A stretch of 64,000 bases of DNA from Yuukianura sp. NJ FZ-2021 (GCA_046563655.1 CM102286.1:10416001-10480000), one strand, 5' to 3'. Positions 1 through 14,705 are shown, counted from the stretch's first letter. The notes: generated by a model not told the origin, from the sequence alone. Translations and numbers: made by a program.

Positions 1-195
1 ACGAAAAATTAATTCAAATAGTATCTATCATAATTTGCTGTAGTGCCGAATCATAAAAAGTCACACTCTGTATTTTAATTTTAAATGTAATTTTAAACTA
101 ACAAAGGGAATGAACACAATAAAATAAATAAATGGTGATCACGATCGGTCAGCACAGAGGATGCGCTTTTCTGAGTGATCTCCACTCGAAACAAT

Positions 196-755
196 TACAA
201 TTGGTCAACAATAAGAGCTGCAAAAATGACGCCATAAACCATTGAGATGTTTTTTGTAAAATGTTTATTAAATGTTTTAGTTAGCACTGTTACAATAAAT
301 TAAGCAACATGACTCCAGAATATTCTCAATTTAAGCAGTTTCGTCATGAAATTTCTTTTGCACAAGTTCAATGGCTGTTTTAGAAAAAACAAACGTTAAG
401 AAAATTAAATTCAGTTCAAAATCGAAAGCAAATTGTGTCAAACCGTGAAATTCTTATATGTACTTACCTGCTGTAACAAGGGAACCAATCACACCAATTC
501 CATTTTTAGAAGTAAAAGTTCGTTTTCCCGGTTTTTGGAGAACGGCATCGGCAGCTCTCGAAAAAATCCAAACTAGAGATGTAGCAACAAGTCCAAGAAT
601 TGCAACGCCAACAGGAACACCAATCAACTTCCCCAAATTCGATTCGAACCCTGCTTCACGTCCAGACGACATTCTGCAACAAAAGAAAATTAGCGACCAC
701 CTTTAGCCGTGAGCCGAAATATACTACAAAGTCGTATTTGACGTTTACAACTGAC
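196..755 (-). CDS. Small spliced membrane/secreted protein (partial model, 5' exon not located)
   Basis: Exon ~468-673 is bounded by ttgcag/gtaagt and encodes a hydrophobic segment (KLIGVPVGVAILGLVATSLVWIF). A plausible terminal exon near 196-218 reads ALIVDQL*. Confidence 0.4.
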
Positions 756-3700
756 CTAAATTTGTTTGAAAATAAGTTGGTTAAATGCCGTACGTCCAAA
801 ACCAAACACTTTCATAAATGGTGACTTCGTTAACATAATTTGTTAAAATTGACCATTCAACGCCTTGTTGTAAAATTATTTCTCTAGAGAAGGAATTTAG
901 GATCTGAAGATTACCATGAATCTGTAAACGTTTGCTTTTTGCACGATAGAATTTAAAACTTTAAAGAAATTCGACACCTTCACGGAAAAAGGCTCATGAA
1001 TAATAAGGTGGAGAACTTGTAATTATTTGAACGAAAGGCTTAATGTAGTTTGTGGTTTAGTGTGTAAATGTTTTAACCATGTTTTTGTCTTTTGCCGCTT
1101 TGATTCATATTAAATCCATTCCTAGCTTCGTAATCTAGTGACAGGGAGTGCAAAATTTAGGATAGCATTGAAAGCATTAGAACCATGATAGATACAGCCT
1201 TACTAGATGTTGATATAAATTACCGATGTGAACCAAAATATTGCTCAACTAGACAATTTGCATGAATCTCCTATTCAAAAACGTTTCACAAAAAATTAAG
1301 CCAAGAAAAAACTAATTCCGCATAAAACATAATGAAACTTTGAAGACATTCACTTCATTCCAGCTGAACTTTGTAGTGATAAACTCCAGCACTTCGAAAT
1401 AGATTTTCAGTGTTCTCCAACAGTTTAGAATTTTTGCTATTAAAGGACTTGAGGTACCAAATCTGCCGGCAGCGTTACCGTACTACATAACATGGGTACG
1501 GTTTGTGCTTTTTTCAATCCCTGAGTAACCGGACAGTTTATGATTTTGGAGCAAAATTTTTATGGTTTAACCCTATTTAGTGAAAACTTAAAATCTCCTT
1601 GAAAGTGTTCTCAATTCGAAAACTACCACCAACAAAACAATTGTTTTCACTAGTTGTGACCCATTGTTACACTTAAGTGAGGCACACCTTTACTTATTGT
1701 CGTCATTTAGCAAGGCACTGCTGGATGTGTAGGAAGAGTTATAGCGTGTGACACGCTCTCTTGAAATTGTTGACACAGAATCCCTAAGACCTCTTGCTCC
1801 CACATTTTTCCAATTTTCTACGCCATTCAAATTAATTCGAGGACAATGCCAACAAAAGAAAATCATGCTCCTCTTACATCTAATCCCAGAAGTAAATCCA
1901 TTTTCCGTTGTGTAAAGTCAATTAGTGTTTTAATAGTATTAGTGCAGCGGGCAGAAAAAGTGTATTGGCAAGGAATGAAGTAAAAGATTTCGTGACAAAA
2001 GTCCCAAATCAGGACAAACTTTGTGACCGTAGCGGCACTTTTAATTGCGACTACTGGTCCACAGTGATGCCCATTTACAATACGCTTATTAAATGCAATT
2101 GATCCAATTAGAACTTTACTTAACGTCCGCGTGCATGCTTTCAATATTTGTAAACACGCATACTATGGCCATTAATCCACTTTCACTGTGAAATTGCTTT
2201 TGAAAGTTTAGGAAAAAAGAAATAATATTTTCTACTATTTAATCATCTCACATGGTTTATTTATGTCAATTTCATTTTTAAGTGCACTCTTTGAACGCTT
2301 TTCACTTTTAACTGCTGCAGTATGTGAAAAGTAGAAGAAAAATGATTTTACTCAATGGTGATATAAAATATTAAATATTTTAGCACATGTTCAAAGTACG
2401 GCGTTATATGCTTTACTTCGAACATAGGGGAATTCTAATTCAATTGAATTAGACTTTCTCAATGTTAGAATTTGACACTTTCGTTTTAATTAATTTTGTG
2501 GCATTTGCAATTTGTAGAAAAATATTGTTTTACAATATAATTGGAGTTGAAAATTACGGAATTAGAAAGTCGTGTGTGTCGTTTGAAATTATAGGTTCTA
2601 CTAGTTGTTATTGAGCCGTCAGTATTGTGTTGAGTTAATTGTTGGGTTAAGTGGTGCTGGTGATGGCGTGCGGACTTGGCCAAGGTACCTTTCCTTAGCC
2701 TTGATCTTCATTCTTGTTTATGGCCCGGAAATTAATAGAATTGGAGCTTTGCAAAAGAAGGAGATCATGATGTGAGAACTCTCTCTTGGGTGGTGCCACA
2801 ACAATGGATTTTTAAGCATCTTAAGTGTCCTCTTTTAAAATACGCAATTGAAGGGGTTGACTTTTCCAGGTGTGACGAAGGGCGCTCAAAACCAAGTTCA
2901 GCATCTTCCCAAAACACAATAGGAATATCTACTCTACCTCAACGAACGTCCAAGTTTTGTCAAGCATCAACACTTCTTCAGACCAATCTTCACTTTTCTA
3001 TAAACCAGGGAATCCGTCACCTCACTTCCTGCAGTTTCATTTTGGAAGTCGGCTTCAAACCATAATTTTAACTGCAACATAATCAAAGCTTCAAATTTTC
3101 AAAGCATTGCATCATAATGGTCTCAATTTTGCACAAATTAATTCGCAGTGTTTACGGGAGATATTGAGCGTCATTTACTTATTGGCAATATAGATCGAAC
3201 TTCTGTTTCGTATAAAACACATACAGGATTCTTAAAGGTAAGTTTTAAATACATTCAAAATCTACAACTGCAGATTTGGACACCTAATGGTGATGTAATG
3301 TTAACACAACTTTTTTCTTGCGATGATTGTAGTTAGACATGGACAACTTTAATACGTGATTGGTGTGGGAGTAACAGCGTGTGCGAGTAGTTTTATGCGC
3401 TGGTAGCAACAAGTATAAACTGCAACGCGTGACTACGCGGAGCCATTTCGGCAAATAGCACACAAACAGAAAACGTAAGTAAAAATGCGTCCATCAAAAT
3501 ATTATTTTGTTTATTTTTCCTCGTGCTATTAATTTGGTTTAAACATGACAAAACTTACGCGATGGTATGATCAACAAAAAAACATCAGGTTTAACATTTA
3601 TTGCAATGACAGTGATTACGCAGGTAAAAACTGGTAGCAAATCATGCAGTACACGACATATAAATGCTGATTAGAACACTGTTAAAAATGTGCCGAAGTT

Positions 3701-4899
3701 TTTATGAATTCAAACCATAGTAGAAGTTCTTGACCGATAATTTTACCGGTACCGTAAGCACGACGCTTCATTTTATCAATCAACCAAATCTTCAGAAAAT
3801 TGAAATTTGCTTTGAAAATTTTCAGCGCAAACTATTGCTGCTTGCTGCAGTCTTTCATTGATTTTTCTCAGCAATAATTTTATTTGGGGGGTTTTTGGTT
3901 TTTCTTTTTAATAAGACAGTTCTCACCGCGATAGAAACGAAAGCGGAAGTGTGAAGACGAAAATTCTACTTTTAAGAAAAATTCGTAAAATACTAGCTCC
4001 TTCCGGTATCTAACTTAAAAGGCATGTTCCTGTTTCGTTTAACAAAATACTTACCGTTAGTTTGATTGGAGACTCATGCAGATTAAATTCAATTTGTTTT
4101 GGTCAACCATCGTCACGCCCGTAGATCTCGTCTTTCGTCAAGTACAAGTTGCCGTAAGGATGCAACTCCAATTTTCTCCCTTTGGACAAAAGGAAAATCA
4201 ACACAACACAACGGGGGAGGATAAGTAGCACTTTTTTCAACTAAACTGTGGGAAAATCAACACTTTTAGTTTGACTCAAAAGGAATCAGAAAAGTAGGCT
4301 AAATTTTTTTGACTTTTGCGCACTATAAATAAGAAGAGTGAACTTGAATTGTGGCCAACTTAGCCTTAATTCTTTGTTGAGAGGGAAGAATGACACTCGT
4401 ATTGAATTTAGGCGCTTAAGTTTTATGGTCAAGTTGAACAGGATTTACTCAAAATTCAGATTAATAGTTCTATGTAAAAGGCGTCAACGCCAAAATTTTA
4501 AGCACTAAAATTCCTAATTATATTCACCTAATTATATTATGTGAAAGTTTTTTCTTGTAGTCATAAATGGTTAGATTTCTCGAAAATGTAAAACGCGTTT
4601 TTACGACACATTTTTCAAATTGGTTAGTTGTGATGTCATAGTTCTCATGCAAATCCTTTTTATTTTTTCAGCTTTCATGAACGATAATCGTTTAGCGAAG
4701 AAAAAGAAGTTTACATCTCATCCAATTTTTCAATTTGACGTGGAATAATGAGAGCGATTTGAGGCACCACGCCACTGGCAAGCCACTTTAAGTCACTGTC
4801 ACCAAGAAAAGAAGAGAAACACAAGAAAAGTTTGGATTCCGTAAAATAAATTTTTTAAATCACTCCCGTTCAATCACCTTCCGTTGTACGCACATAATC

Positions 4900-6965
4900 A
4901 TGGTTGGAAGGAGCGGAACCAGACTGTCGCAGCGTGTCATCCTAACGGCAATTCCATTTTTGATTTCCGTACTATTCACACATATCGGAGTAGCAAGTAG
5001 CAGTGAACGAACGTCTACAGAATCCATTTCTTCCCGAAAAGCTGGAGCGTCGAACATTCGTCCAGAAGAAAAACAATATCAAGCAGTACCACTGAAGTAT
5101 TATGCATCAGAAGAATACAATCCATTCGATTCACTTGAAATCCTTCGATACCCTAACGACCGCAAAAGACCTTCATCTGCCTCAAGTGATCTGCGGTCCC
5201 AAAAATATCTTAGCAACACTCCCCTATCTTTCACCGTTACAAGAAATACTGCTAATGAAACGCCTAACTTTGGCAAAAATTATCCCCAAGCATCCTCAGA
5301 CTGTAACTTTCAAAAGAATTGTCCAGAAAATGCTTTTCGACACAAAGGAGCCGTATTTGATGAAGTCAAAAGCTCATTTGGTGATCACAAAATGCAAACT
5401 TCTGCAGTTCCATTCGCAGTAAAAACAGATATTCCGAATCCCACTTCTACTCGTAAAACTCGTACAACAACGGATACCGCTGACGCAAATTGGGTTAAGC
5501 TGGAGCCTTTGCCACCTCACAAGTCTTATGATCCCTTTCATCTAGGTCGCAATGGAAGCTCATCTTCCGAAGAGGCTAATTCTACTTCACTATTTGCAAG
5601 TCGGACTGGAATCGAACTTAATCCAGAAACTTTTGCTGAAAGACATGGATGGAAAGAGGGAAAGTATGCTGGTCCAAGCGGCTCAAAGTTACCCGCATGG
5701 CTTGAGGAGTTGAATTTACAACATGGTGGCTATGGTGGTTCCACCAGACTTCAAGGTTATGAGTCCGACAGACCCGGCTACGACCGTGATAGAGAAGACG
5801 CTAATCGTTGGGTTAAATTGGAGGCTATTCCGGTTTCAGGCGTGAAAATATCCAAGTGGGTTCCAAAAAATACAGCGCCCTCTGAACTGCCTTCGACGAG
5901 TTGGAAGTATCCCAGTAAGCCGAGTTGGTGGGATCGTATGGATGGCGGCTCAGGAAATTCGTTTGCGCATCACAACGCTCATGCGCATCACCAAAGTTCA
6001 CGCCCAACGAGTTATCTACCGTCTCACTCCGGCTGGCCTACTCGGTACCCAAATTCTCCGCTCCACCACCATCATCAAACCGATTCCTGGAATGATGTCA
6101 TTTATCCAAACAATAATCCCTGTTTCGGCTACTGCAAGTTGGGCTTCTGATCGTAGAGCTTCGTCTTCCTCAGCAATGGGACTCGGATGGCCAAAGAAAT
6201 CCTCATCCTGGGAAACGGTACCCCTCAGCATCATGGTCTTCCGATCAAACGTCGAGCGGTAGTCGACCAATCCCGAACTATGGCGACAATGTACCCAATT
6301 CCTATCTATTTGCTCGGCCACAAAGGCTAGGACATGGAAGTGGTCCAAAACCACCGTACTATCCAGATCCAGATGTAGATGACGCCAATTGGGAACTGAT
6401 TTCAACTACTAAAAATCAACAAGGATCAACTAAAGGTCATGCGCAGCAGTCTCCTTACGGTGAATTCCCATACAACTATAACAACAATAGGCACTCAAAA
6501 CTATTTAATTTTACAAAGCTGGATAAAATTGGATCTGCTGCCGTAGTTCCGAATCGGCCCGTGATGACTCAAGATGAACTGTTTCTATGGACCAATAAAA
6601 CCCTGTCTTCACTTAAACCCGTTCTGGGTGGAAAGCGTGGAGGGACGCCGAGTCCGCAGCTGAATCAAAAACTAATTGACATGTTGACTTCAACTGCAGC
6701 CAGCATTGTTGAAAGTACAACAATGAAGTACAATAATATTGGACTGAGTCGATCTTCAACTACGGTTAAAAGATCAGTTACAGCTACTCCCACGCGGAAG
6801 GAGCGTCAAATGCCTGAGATGAATCCTGCTATTGTTTCCGTAGGAGCTGGAATGCTCCCGTCGACGTTTGGAGCCATAGTGCCGATGATTTTTGGACGGA
6901 AAAGAAGAGCGTCTGGCGTAAATCCTAGACTATCGAGACGAGAACCCAGCAAGGTCTATCATTAA
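4900..6965 (+). CDS. Low-complexity Ser/Pro/His-rich secreted or membrane protein, broken by about 3 single-base frameshifts
   Basis: N-terminal hydrophobic segment VILTAIPFLISVLFTHIGVASS and a repeated NxWVKLE motif. Coding sequence continues through other frames (~6120-6560) into ORF 6561-6965, which ends with a hydrophobic stretch followed by GRKRR. Confidence 0.6.
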
Positions 6966-7298
6966 ACTTCCTACACCATCAACATATCAACAGCATAACT
7001 TTAATAAAGCAAGTGAAAATATGCGGAGTAGCATTGTTTAGTTGTAAGAGCTACTAATACACTATAGGATATTAGTTTTAATTTATTCACAACAAAATAC
7101 ATGTCTGTCCAATCACATAGTCACCTTACTCGGATTTTTTATGATTATAATACGGAATGGTTACTACGTCATCATCTTTTCTCCAAGAGTCAATATTGCC
7201 CATTTTGACAACGAATGAAAATTCCAAAGGTTTTGAAATATTAAATTCGCATAACCACACGGCAAGCCAAACATCAAGTGATCCTTTGTTAATGATTG

Positions 7299-8317
7299 TT
7301 TTAGTCTTCTGGAGACGCATGTCTACGATATGCTGAAGAAGACTATTGATACGACTTTGTCTGTCTGTCCGTCCGTCCGTCCGTCACACTTTTTAGGACC
7401 CTTTACCCTGAAACATAAGCCCTCTCGCAGTCGGGGGTTATGTTTGGCTCAAGAGTTTTCAGCAGGTCTACATTGCACTAAAATTCTAGAATTAACAGCG
7501 TCGAAATGGGCGGCCACGTTACGCACACGCAGTTTAGTCGTTTCTCGAAAACGTTTTGGTTTTGATTATACTCAAAATATATTTAAACAACGAAGTTTTG
7601 ACCAGGTCATCTTCTGACAGTATGTTTATTTACGTTGTTCATTTATTTCGTATTAGAGGGTAGAAAATCCAACTTAAATTCATAATAAGTAAACAGTACT
7701 TGGCAGGGTTCAAATTTACATTCACAAGCGATATTTGAGGCCTCATTCTCAACGCTGAATTTTGTGCACGATGCACACTTATGACTACCAGAGATACTTA
7801 ATCGTTGAATTGTGCATTTACCTGAACCGATCTCGATTTTAGGGAAAGGATATTCGACCCATTCCCCTCAACGTTCAATTTTGTGCATGATGCACACTTA
7901 TAAGCGGTTGCACGCAAATCTCAAATTGTGCATTTACTTGAACCGATTATGACTCTAAAGAAACGGTATTCGACCCATACCCTCCACGTACAATTTTGTG
8001 CATGATGCACACTTATGACTACCAGGAATATATAAATGTTGAATTGTGCATCAAAATGACTTTGAACAACATTTTTATGCAGTTAAATTAACGCTGTGTT
8101 CGTCCTAACCTAACCTAATAGTATATTACCATGGCAATATCGACAATACATTATGTGGGGGTTGCTGACTAGTTGTGAATTGTAATGAAACGTTTCTGGC
8201 TACAATGTGTAACTGGCAGAACAAACTTCTGCGCACAGCCGGTCTCAAAATCATATAAATTGCCAACTCCCTCCAGAAGACCAATGCTCAACCCTTGAGC
8301 ATCGCCCTACCTTATTT
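7299..8317 (+). mobile_element. DINE-1/HINE-like non-autonomous Helentron-associated element
   Basis: 5' subTIR gtcttctggag (7304-7314), partial inverted copy gaagact, (GTCY)n microsatellite at ~7360-7385, and three central ~115-bp repeats (ttgtgcatgatgcacacttat). At the 3' end: subTIR ctccagaagac (8271-8281), hairpin atgctcaa-ccc-ttgagcat (8284-8302), T-rich flanks. Confidence 0.8.
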
Positions 8318-8607
8318 CAATTTCAACGTTCTGCAAGTAAATGACAAGTTTGAACTTGGTGCCTGTTAAATAGTGTGTGGTTATTCGTTTTTTGGTTTCA
8401 ACTAGACCAACACGCGATAAGGTTTCAAAGAGGGTTCGCAGGCGCTAGCTCTACTGGATGGATATTCCTCTCCAATAGACGGAAATCCATTCACTAATAC
8501 AATATTTACTTTCGCTGGATGCAGCCTTCAGAGCAAAGGGTGGATTTTGGTTAGTAAGTAAAGATATAAATATGCCTGTTAGATTTTTTTTGCCGATTGA
8601 CATTACC

Positions 8608-9437
8608 TCTGGCAACCCAAAAAATGTCCTCCTACAAAAGTTGTTTCGCTCAGTGAGTTAGATCTTTTTTTTTTGCTCTGCGACGCGTGACCAAGACCAT
8701 GCGACAGTCCACAACCCACACTGGTAACTCATGTTGAAGTTTCACATCCAGAATTGGCGCCTTTGAAAAAACCCAACCTATAGCCGATGGAATTGGTTAC
8801 AGGGCCACAGGTCGCAGAGGTAAAAAAATGATCTACTCACTGAGCTGAACAACTTTTGCAAGGACGATTTTGTGGGTTATCCTCAGAGGGGCAAAACATA
8901 TTTTCTTACATATTACATATTTTTATATTTTTAAAAAATATTTCTTGAAAAAAATATAAAAAAAAATATGTAGCAAAATATCACAAGAATTTGCCTTAAA
9001 TAGACCATTTTCGGCAAATTTTTAACAATTTCTGACATTTAGTGCAAAATTTTCCCACATCTTGCTGAGATTATACGCAGATATTGGCTTTTTTTTTGCA
9101 AAAAGATAAAATTTTAAAGGTTGTTAGGCAAATAAGAGACGAACGAAAATTTTTGGGTTTGTGTGGGTAATCCGGATTTTCATCACCTTTTTTTCTGCAT
9201 ATACGCTATTTCCTAACCGTGAAAAAAAAATATTTTTTTACCCGCTCTATAAAATTTGCATTTTTTTAAAAATAAATTTTTAGAAAAAAAATAGTAATTT
9301 TGAAACTTTTTTGTCTCCGATTTCACTCACAATTGAAACCTGGAGTTTCAACTCTTGTCTCATTTCAACAACATTACTTAATAGGAATAGGTGTTGTATA
9401 TTTCACCGGTTTTAACAACATATGTTTTGCCCCTCTG
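8608..9437. mobile_element. Two adjacent degenerate MITE-like inverted-repeat elements
   Basis: Imperfect IR ~8608-8685 vs ~8810-8888. Second TIR pair cagaggggcaaaacata (8884) / tatgttttgcccctctg (ends 9437). No clean TSD. Confidence 0.45.
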
Positions 9438-9699
9438 GTAATAATGTTGTTTTCCAGGAAATAATTTGATTTGTAACCATGATTTCCATGACAATAATCT
9501 ACATGATCCGAGTTAACGTCGGATTTTTTTTTTTTAAAAATAAAGTCGCGAGAGGTTTGGTCGTCGTTCAGAATTGAGCCATTGACGTTTGCTTCACAGT
9601 CGCATATCGATTTTTTACAGTCTTTTTAATTATTTCATTCAGTGTAGGCAGCACCCCCGCCCACTTGGGACGAGGGTGGGGATTATTGGGTTTTTCTAA

Positions 9700-10625
9700 C
9701 CTAATTCTCAGAAATCACTAAAATTTTGCCTTGATGAAACACTTCTAATTCTCTGAAATCTCTAAAATTTTGACTTGGTGAAAACCTTCTAATTCTCAGG
9801 TAGGGCTGTTCAAGTTCCGGTGCCAGAAACGGAACGGAACTTATTTCTGGTGTCGTTTCGTTTCCGTTTCCACATTTTTTGGAAACGAACTTTCGGTTCC
9901 GGTTCCGTTTCGTTTCCAGTTCCATGGTATGATCGAACCGTTTCTTTGAGGAAACGGAACTGGAACCGGATGAATTGATTTTAGGGCAAATTTTGAAGCG
10001 CGAATCTCAAACTGGAAAAAACAAATAACACTTTTTCCAATAACTGTGTAGACCCAACTTGTTTGCAGTGAACAAATCGATTATTTGTCGATTTGCTGTT
10101 CAATTTGAAGTTAAAGGTTAGGTCATGGATTAGTCAGCTATTGACGATACACCAGCTAGTGACGCAGGTCAGAATGTCGTTGAAATTGACATTGCATAAG
10201 ATAATTCATATACCAAAGCTGGTCACAGGAAACGGTTCCGTTTCGTTTCGTTCCGGTGCCGTTTTGTTTCGTTTCCGTTTCCCAACTTTTAAACTAGTTC
10301 CGTTCCATTTTCAAAAACTCGGTTCCAGTGCCGTTTCCGTTTCCTCGTGGAAACGGAACGGAACGGAACTTGAACAGCCCTATTCTCAAGCATCTTTAAA
10401 GTTTTGACTGGATGAAGAACTTCTAATTCTCAGAAATCTCTAAAATTCTGACTTGGTGAAAAACTTTTAATTCTCAGGAATCTCTAAAATTTTGACTTGG
10501 GGACGAACTTCTAATTCTCAGGAATATCTAAAATCTATTTAGTCTCAGGAATATTTTGATAAAATCTACCTAAGTCTCAGGTATATCTAAAAATTTTTCT
10601 TGATGAAATCTTAAGTCTCAGGAAT
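9700..10625. repeat. ~41-bp minisatellite (cttctaattctcaggaatctctaaaattttgacttggtgaaaa), interrupted by a MITE
   Basis: The unit recurs at 9700-9800 and 10383-10625. Confidence 0.75.
9801..10382. mobile_element. hAT-type MITE
   Basis: TIRs tagggctgttcaagttccg / cggaacttgaacagcccta; 8-bp TSD ttctcagg / ttctcaag (1 mismatch); internal aacgg/ccgtt subterminal repeats. Confidence 0.85.
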
Positions 10626-11617
10626 ACGAGAAAGGTACCTTAGGGTATGTGACGAATTTGCTAAAAAATCTCTCAAACGTTTCAGAATGCGCGCCGAGGA
10701 TTTTAACGAAAGGCTGGGATACTGCCTTGTAGCGGAAAGGAAACAATTTGAACACTCAAGTTCCCATTTCTGTAAACTTTACAAAAAAAATAACTTGAAG
10801 GTTTTCAATAATTTAGAAAATAGCTCAGAAATCCTGTCATTGTTTAGAAAATAAATAAGTTGTTTACGCTGAAGGTGTTCAGTTTAAAGTGTCACGCGCT
10901 GTATTTATAATAATAAAGCCTGTACACAATATATTACATTCTACGCATTATAATATCAATATAATTATATTCTGATATTTTATATCGTTTATGACCCAAT
11001 AATATATTACATTATGACATTTATAATACAGTACATTAGTGTAATACAATATGTTATAAGGAACATAAAATACAAACTTCAGCAACGGAATTAAGTTAAA
11101 GTTTCATGACGAAGGACAATGACAAAACATGGAATGTGTGGGTGGAGCTACACGGAATCAGGGAATCAGGGCCAGACAGGTGGCTATCAAACTCATCTGC
11201 AGGGTAGCATACGTCGGCATTATTTTAAACTTTCGCTCACCTCATATTTCGCTAGTTGAAATGCAACAAATTTTTTAAATAATTTTTACTAAAGGTGTCT
11301 TTAGTTTAATTGAATTTCCTTTCGTACAAATTACTTCCATAACTGCGAAAAGTTGGAAACGGTGATAACAGGACAAAAAAAAGCTGACGTTATTTTTTTT
11401 ATCTCAAGTGTTTTGTTTGAGCTGATAATGATAAAAAATTGTTAATTTCCATTAGAATCATTGCTTTTGTTTTTTCCTGATAAAGGTAGATAACTATTAA
11501 ACTGTTAAGCGCTCTGGAAAATTCGATTTGGCTGATGAAATTTTTCATTATTTAACACCTCACAAAATTGATTGAAATATCACTTCAAACCAGTTCAAAT
11601 CAACCGAACAAGTTGAA

Positions 11618-13422
11618 ATGGCTCCGTCTTTAGCTTGGACTTTGATACTGCACTACTTCATAGCAATTACATCAGCCGAATTCTTCCAGTATGCGAAAAC
11701 GATGGAATTCTGCTCAAGATACTTCAAACCGACAACCTCGTAAGCCACTAAATTCAATGAAATGAGAAGTTTAGTTTTAAACATGGTAGCAAAATTTCTC
11801 TATTCTTCTAATCACGTTTTTTTTTACTCAAGCGTATTTTCCTAATTTCTTAGAAATTGAAAAATTATAAAATATCTTTTTCAAATTTTTATTTCACTTT
11901 AAAGAAAAACACTTTAACGAAAGTTATGAGCTAAATTTCTAATCAATTGTTTTCAACCAACAGACTTTGCATCATCGCTCCCAACACGGAAATGAGAATA
12001 GATATGGAATCTGCATACGGCGTTGTCGACGCTGCATGCATTAGATTCGATTCGAAATACAAACATCTGCCAGTCAATGTTAGATGGGAACTATTCCTAC
12101 ATGACCTCAGGAGTGCCCCCCTGCATCTGACAATCTTCGCAAACTTCTACAAAGCTAAGAGCATTTATGAAGAAATTACCAATACAACGTATCGTACCGA
12201 ATGCGACGAGGATAGGATTGATATGCGTTTTCCTATATTGGAACACTCTACGAAACAAACTATTGGCGCATTTTATGAAAGGGAATGGGTCAGAAATGTG
12301 AAACAACTGTCACAGACGTTTTGGAAGGTTAGTTTTCTATAGCTAATATTGCTCAAATTAAAGACATTGTATAAGAATCAAATTATTTCACAGGACAGAT
12401 CTCTTCACCTTGTCGTACCAGGATGGGAATACTTCACAGTGATAGGCATTGTTGAGGATGAATGCCCAGCATCGCCTACCAGGAATATCCGTAGTTCGCC
12501 GTTTTCTCCGACGACGATTTTAACTTACTACTCAACCGATTATCAGTGAGTGGCGGATTAGCAACCATTCGACGCGAGCTTCTTCATTCTCCAGCTAAAA
12601 AATTTGCTGGGATCATGGAAGAAACTTAAACATCAACAGTTTGAAGAATGTAAAGGTAGTAGTATATACCCCCGACCTAGACAAATCCTAACCATCATGA
12701 ACTTACAAAACCAAAGGTTAAATCCGGACGGGACATACGTTATTGATGATATTTCTTTTGCTATGAACAACTTTTGCGCAACAGCGAGTTTCTCAGTTTT
12801 GGATGAATCCCCCTACACTTTCTTGCCAAGCGGGGAGAAGGGAACGAATGCCGTTTTATTGCTAGTTAAACGAAGACACACTGCGCATAGTTTAGCACCC
12901 ATTTCACTGGCAAGAAAGGTAAAGTTACAACAATTGAGGGTGCTTGACAACTTCGAAACTATTCTAAAGTGTACCGTAGTAGACGCTGTCGTCTATGGCC
13001 AGAGCCCTTCGGAGGAAGCCGCAAGGCGTCTTGAACGAATATTACCTGGTGTTAACTTGGCTCGGCATGTGTTTCCAACGACAAGCGCAACAGGTGAAAC
13101 ATCTCCTGGTTTTGGTTTCGTGAAGTGTGACACGTCTCATGATCCGATGCAATTAGATAGTTGGAAGCGGGGGAGAGTAGGCATTGTTAACGACGACTGT
13201 AGTCATGACAGCACTATCGCTGATGAGCCTAGACTTGCCCCTCCAGTACTTACAAATCCACAGGCATGCGCCATTGCAAACATGAACGGCAACCCGGTTC
13301 CAAAAGCAACGATGCTCGCATTGCTGAAATTGATGGGCAATTGGAAATTCAGAAACGTTTCGGATTTCCCAGAGGAGAGAGGGCGTGGGAATCAACGTCT
13401 CATTTCACATGGATGGACTTAA
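11618..13422 (+). CDS. Spliced signal-peptide-bearing ORF of unknown function inside the hAT element (cargo or transposase N-terminal extension)
   Basis: Exon 11618-11739 (MAPSLAWTLILHYFIAITSA...; gtaag donor) splices in frame to 11964-12327, then to 12394 onward. ORF 12604-13422 follows. Confidence 0.55.
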
Positions 13423-14705
13423 TTATGGATAGAAGGAATCCAATGTTCTAGATGCGAACTTTATGAGTAGGCGTGAGGTACAACCCAATTTCGAACTTGT
13501 GTCTTGTTCTGACAGCCCCTTCAATGCCGTTGGCTGCAGGCACTGCTATGAGAATTTTTTGTGCTAACCGCATGCTTTCTGCCCATCGGCTGTTCCAACC
13601 TACGCAAAAGCCGAAGGTATTATTCTTCCTACAAAGGAAGCCAACACGGAAAAAATGAAAAGACATTTAAACGGTGACAGGCATCATACGTCAATAGCTA
13701 TGGAAGTTTTTCAGGAGCAATCCGTTCGAAGAGCATTGACTGCGACATATCAAAACTCAATTCTTAGCGAAATGGACGAATTACAACAGGAAACCGTGGT
13801 TGTGACGAGGGACGCATATACCACAGTAAAGAGCAACATTGCGCCTCAACGTTTCGGTGACATTATCAAACTTATAAAAGCATCCGGTGGTTCTGTTGGA
13901 GATACGCTTCACAGCTCTAAATCCGCTCTGCGTATAATCAAAGTAATTGCAGATGAGATGAGGTCAATCCTAATTTCTAGTTTAATCAGGTTTAATAATC
14001 CGTGCTCCCTTATTATCGACACCTCGACTGACATGAAAAACCATCATATTCTACTTGTTTACATTCGCACAACTGAAAGTGACAGATTAATCGACTATCT
14101 GTACAAAGTGATAGAGCTTGGAAAATCTGGGACTGGTGAATCGATATTTAATGCGATAGTGAAACAGTTCCAGAGTGATGGCGATGCATTTGTTGCTTAT
14201 ATGCGGCAAACATTGGTAGGTTATGCCTCCGATGGAGCGAATGTTGTTATGGCCGGAGCGGGGAAGGGGGTTTTTGGCAGATTCAGTAGTTGAGCAGGCA
14301 GGAAACTTTTTAGCGTAAAGTGCTTAGCCCATCGTCTGCAATTAACAATCCGTCGGTCAATAACGCAAGCAATTAAAGGGTGGAGCAAATTCCACCTGTG
14401 CCAGCCAAATGCGACGCAACTCCTGTCGACGGCAGGCCTTGTCATTCTTTGCCGGTGGATGCTGGAGGGGGGGGGGGAGGAGGATACGCTGGATGAGGAG
14501 GCAGACTTGGAGGATTACTTAGATGAATCGCAGCCGGATCCCATCAGTTGTCTCGATGCTAGAAATACAGAATGACAATTTTTGAGAAAACCCTGAATGA
14601 CATTTACAATTTCATCAAGCGCTCTTCGCGTCGAGTAGGAGAGCTAAGGGAGGTTGAGCAGGAGATGGATGTTGCACTAACTGTTTCTACATACTTGAAC
14701 ACTAA

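Noticed and set aside
3413..3565. Possible TATA box and signal-peptide exon (MRPSK..LFFLVLLIWF)
   Set aside because: Needs a frameshift, and no downstream exon could be linked.
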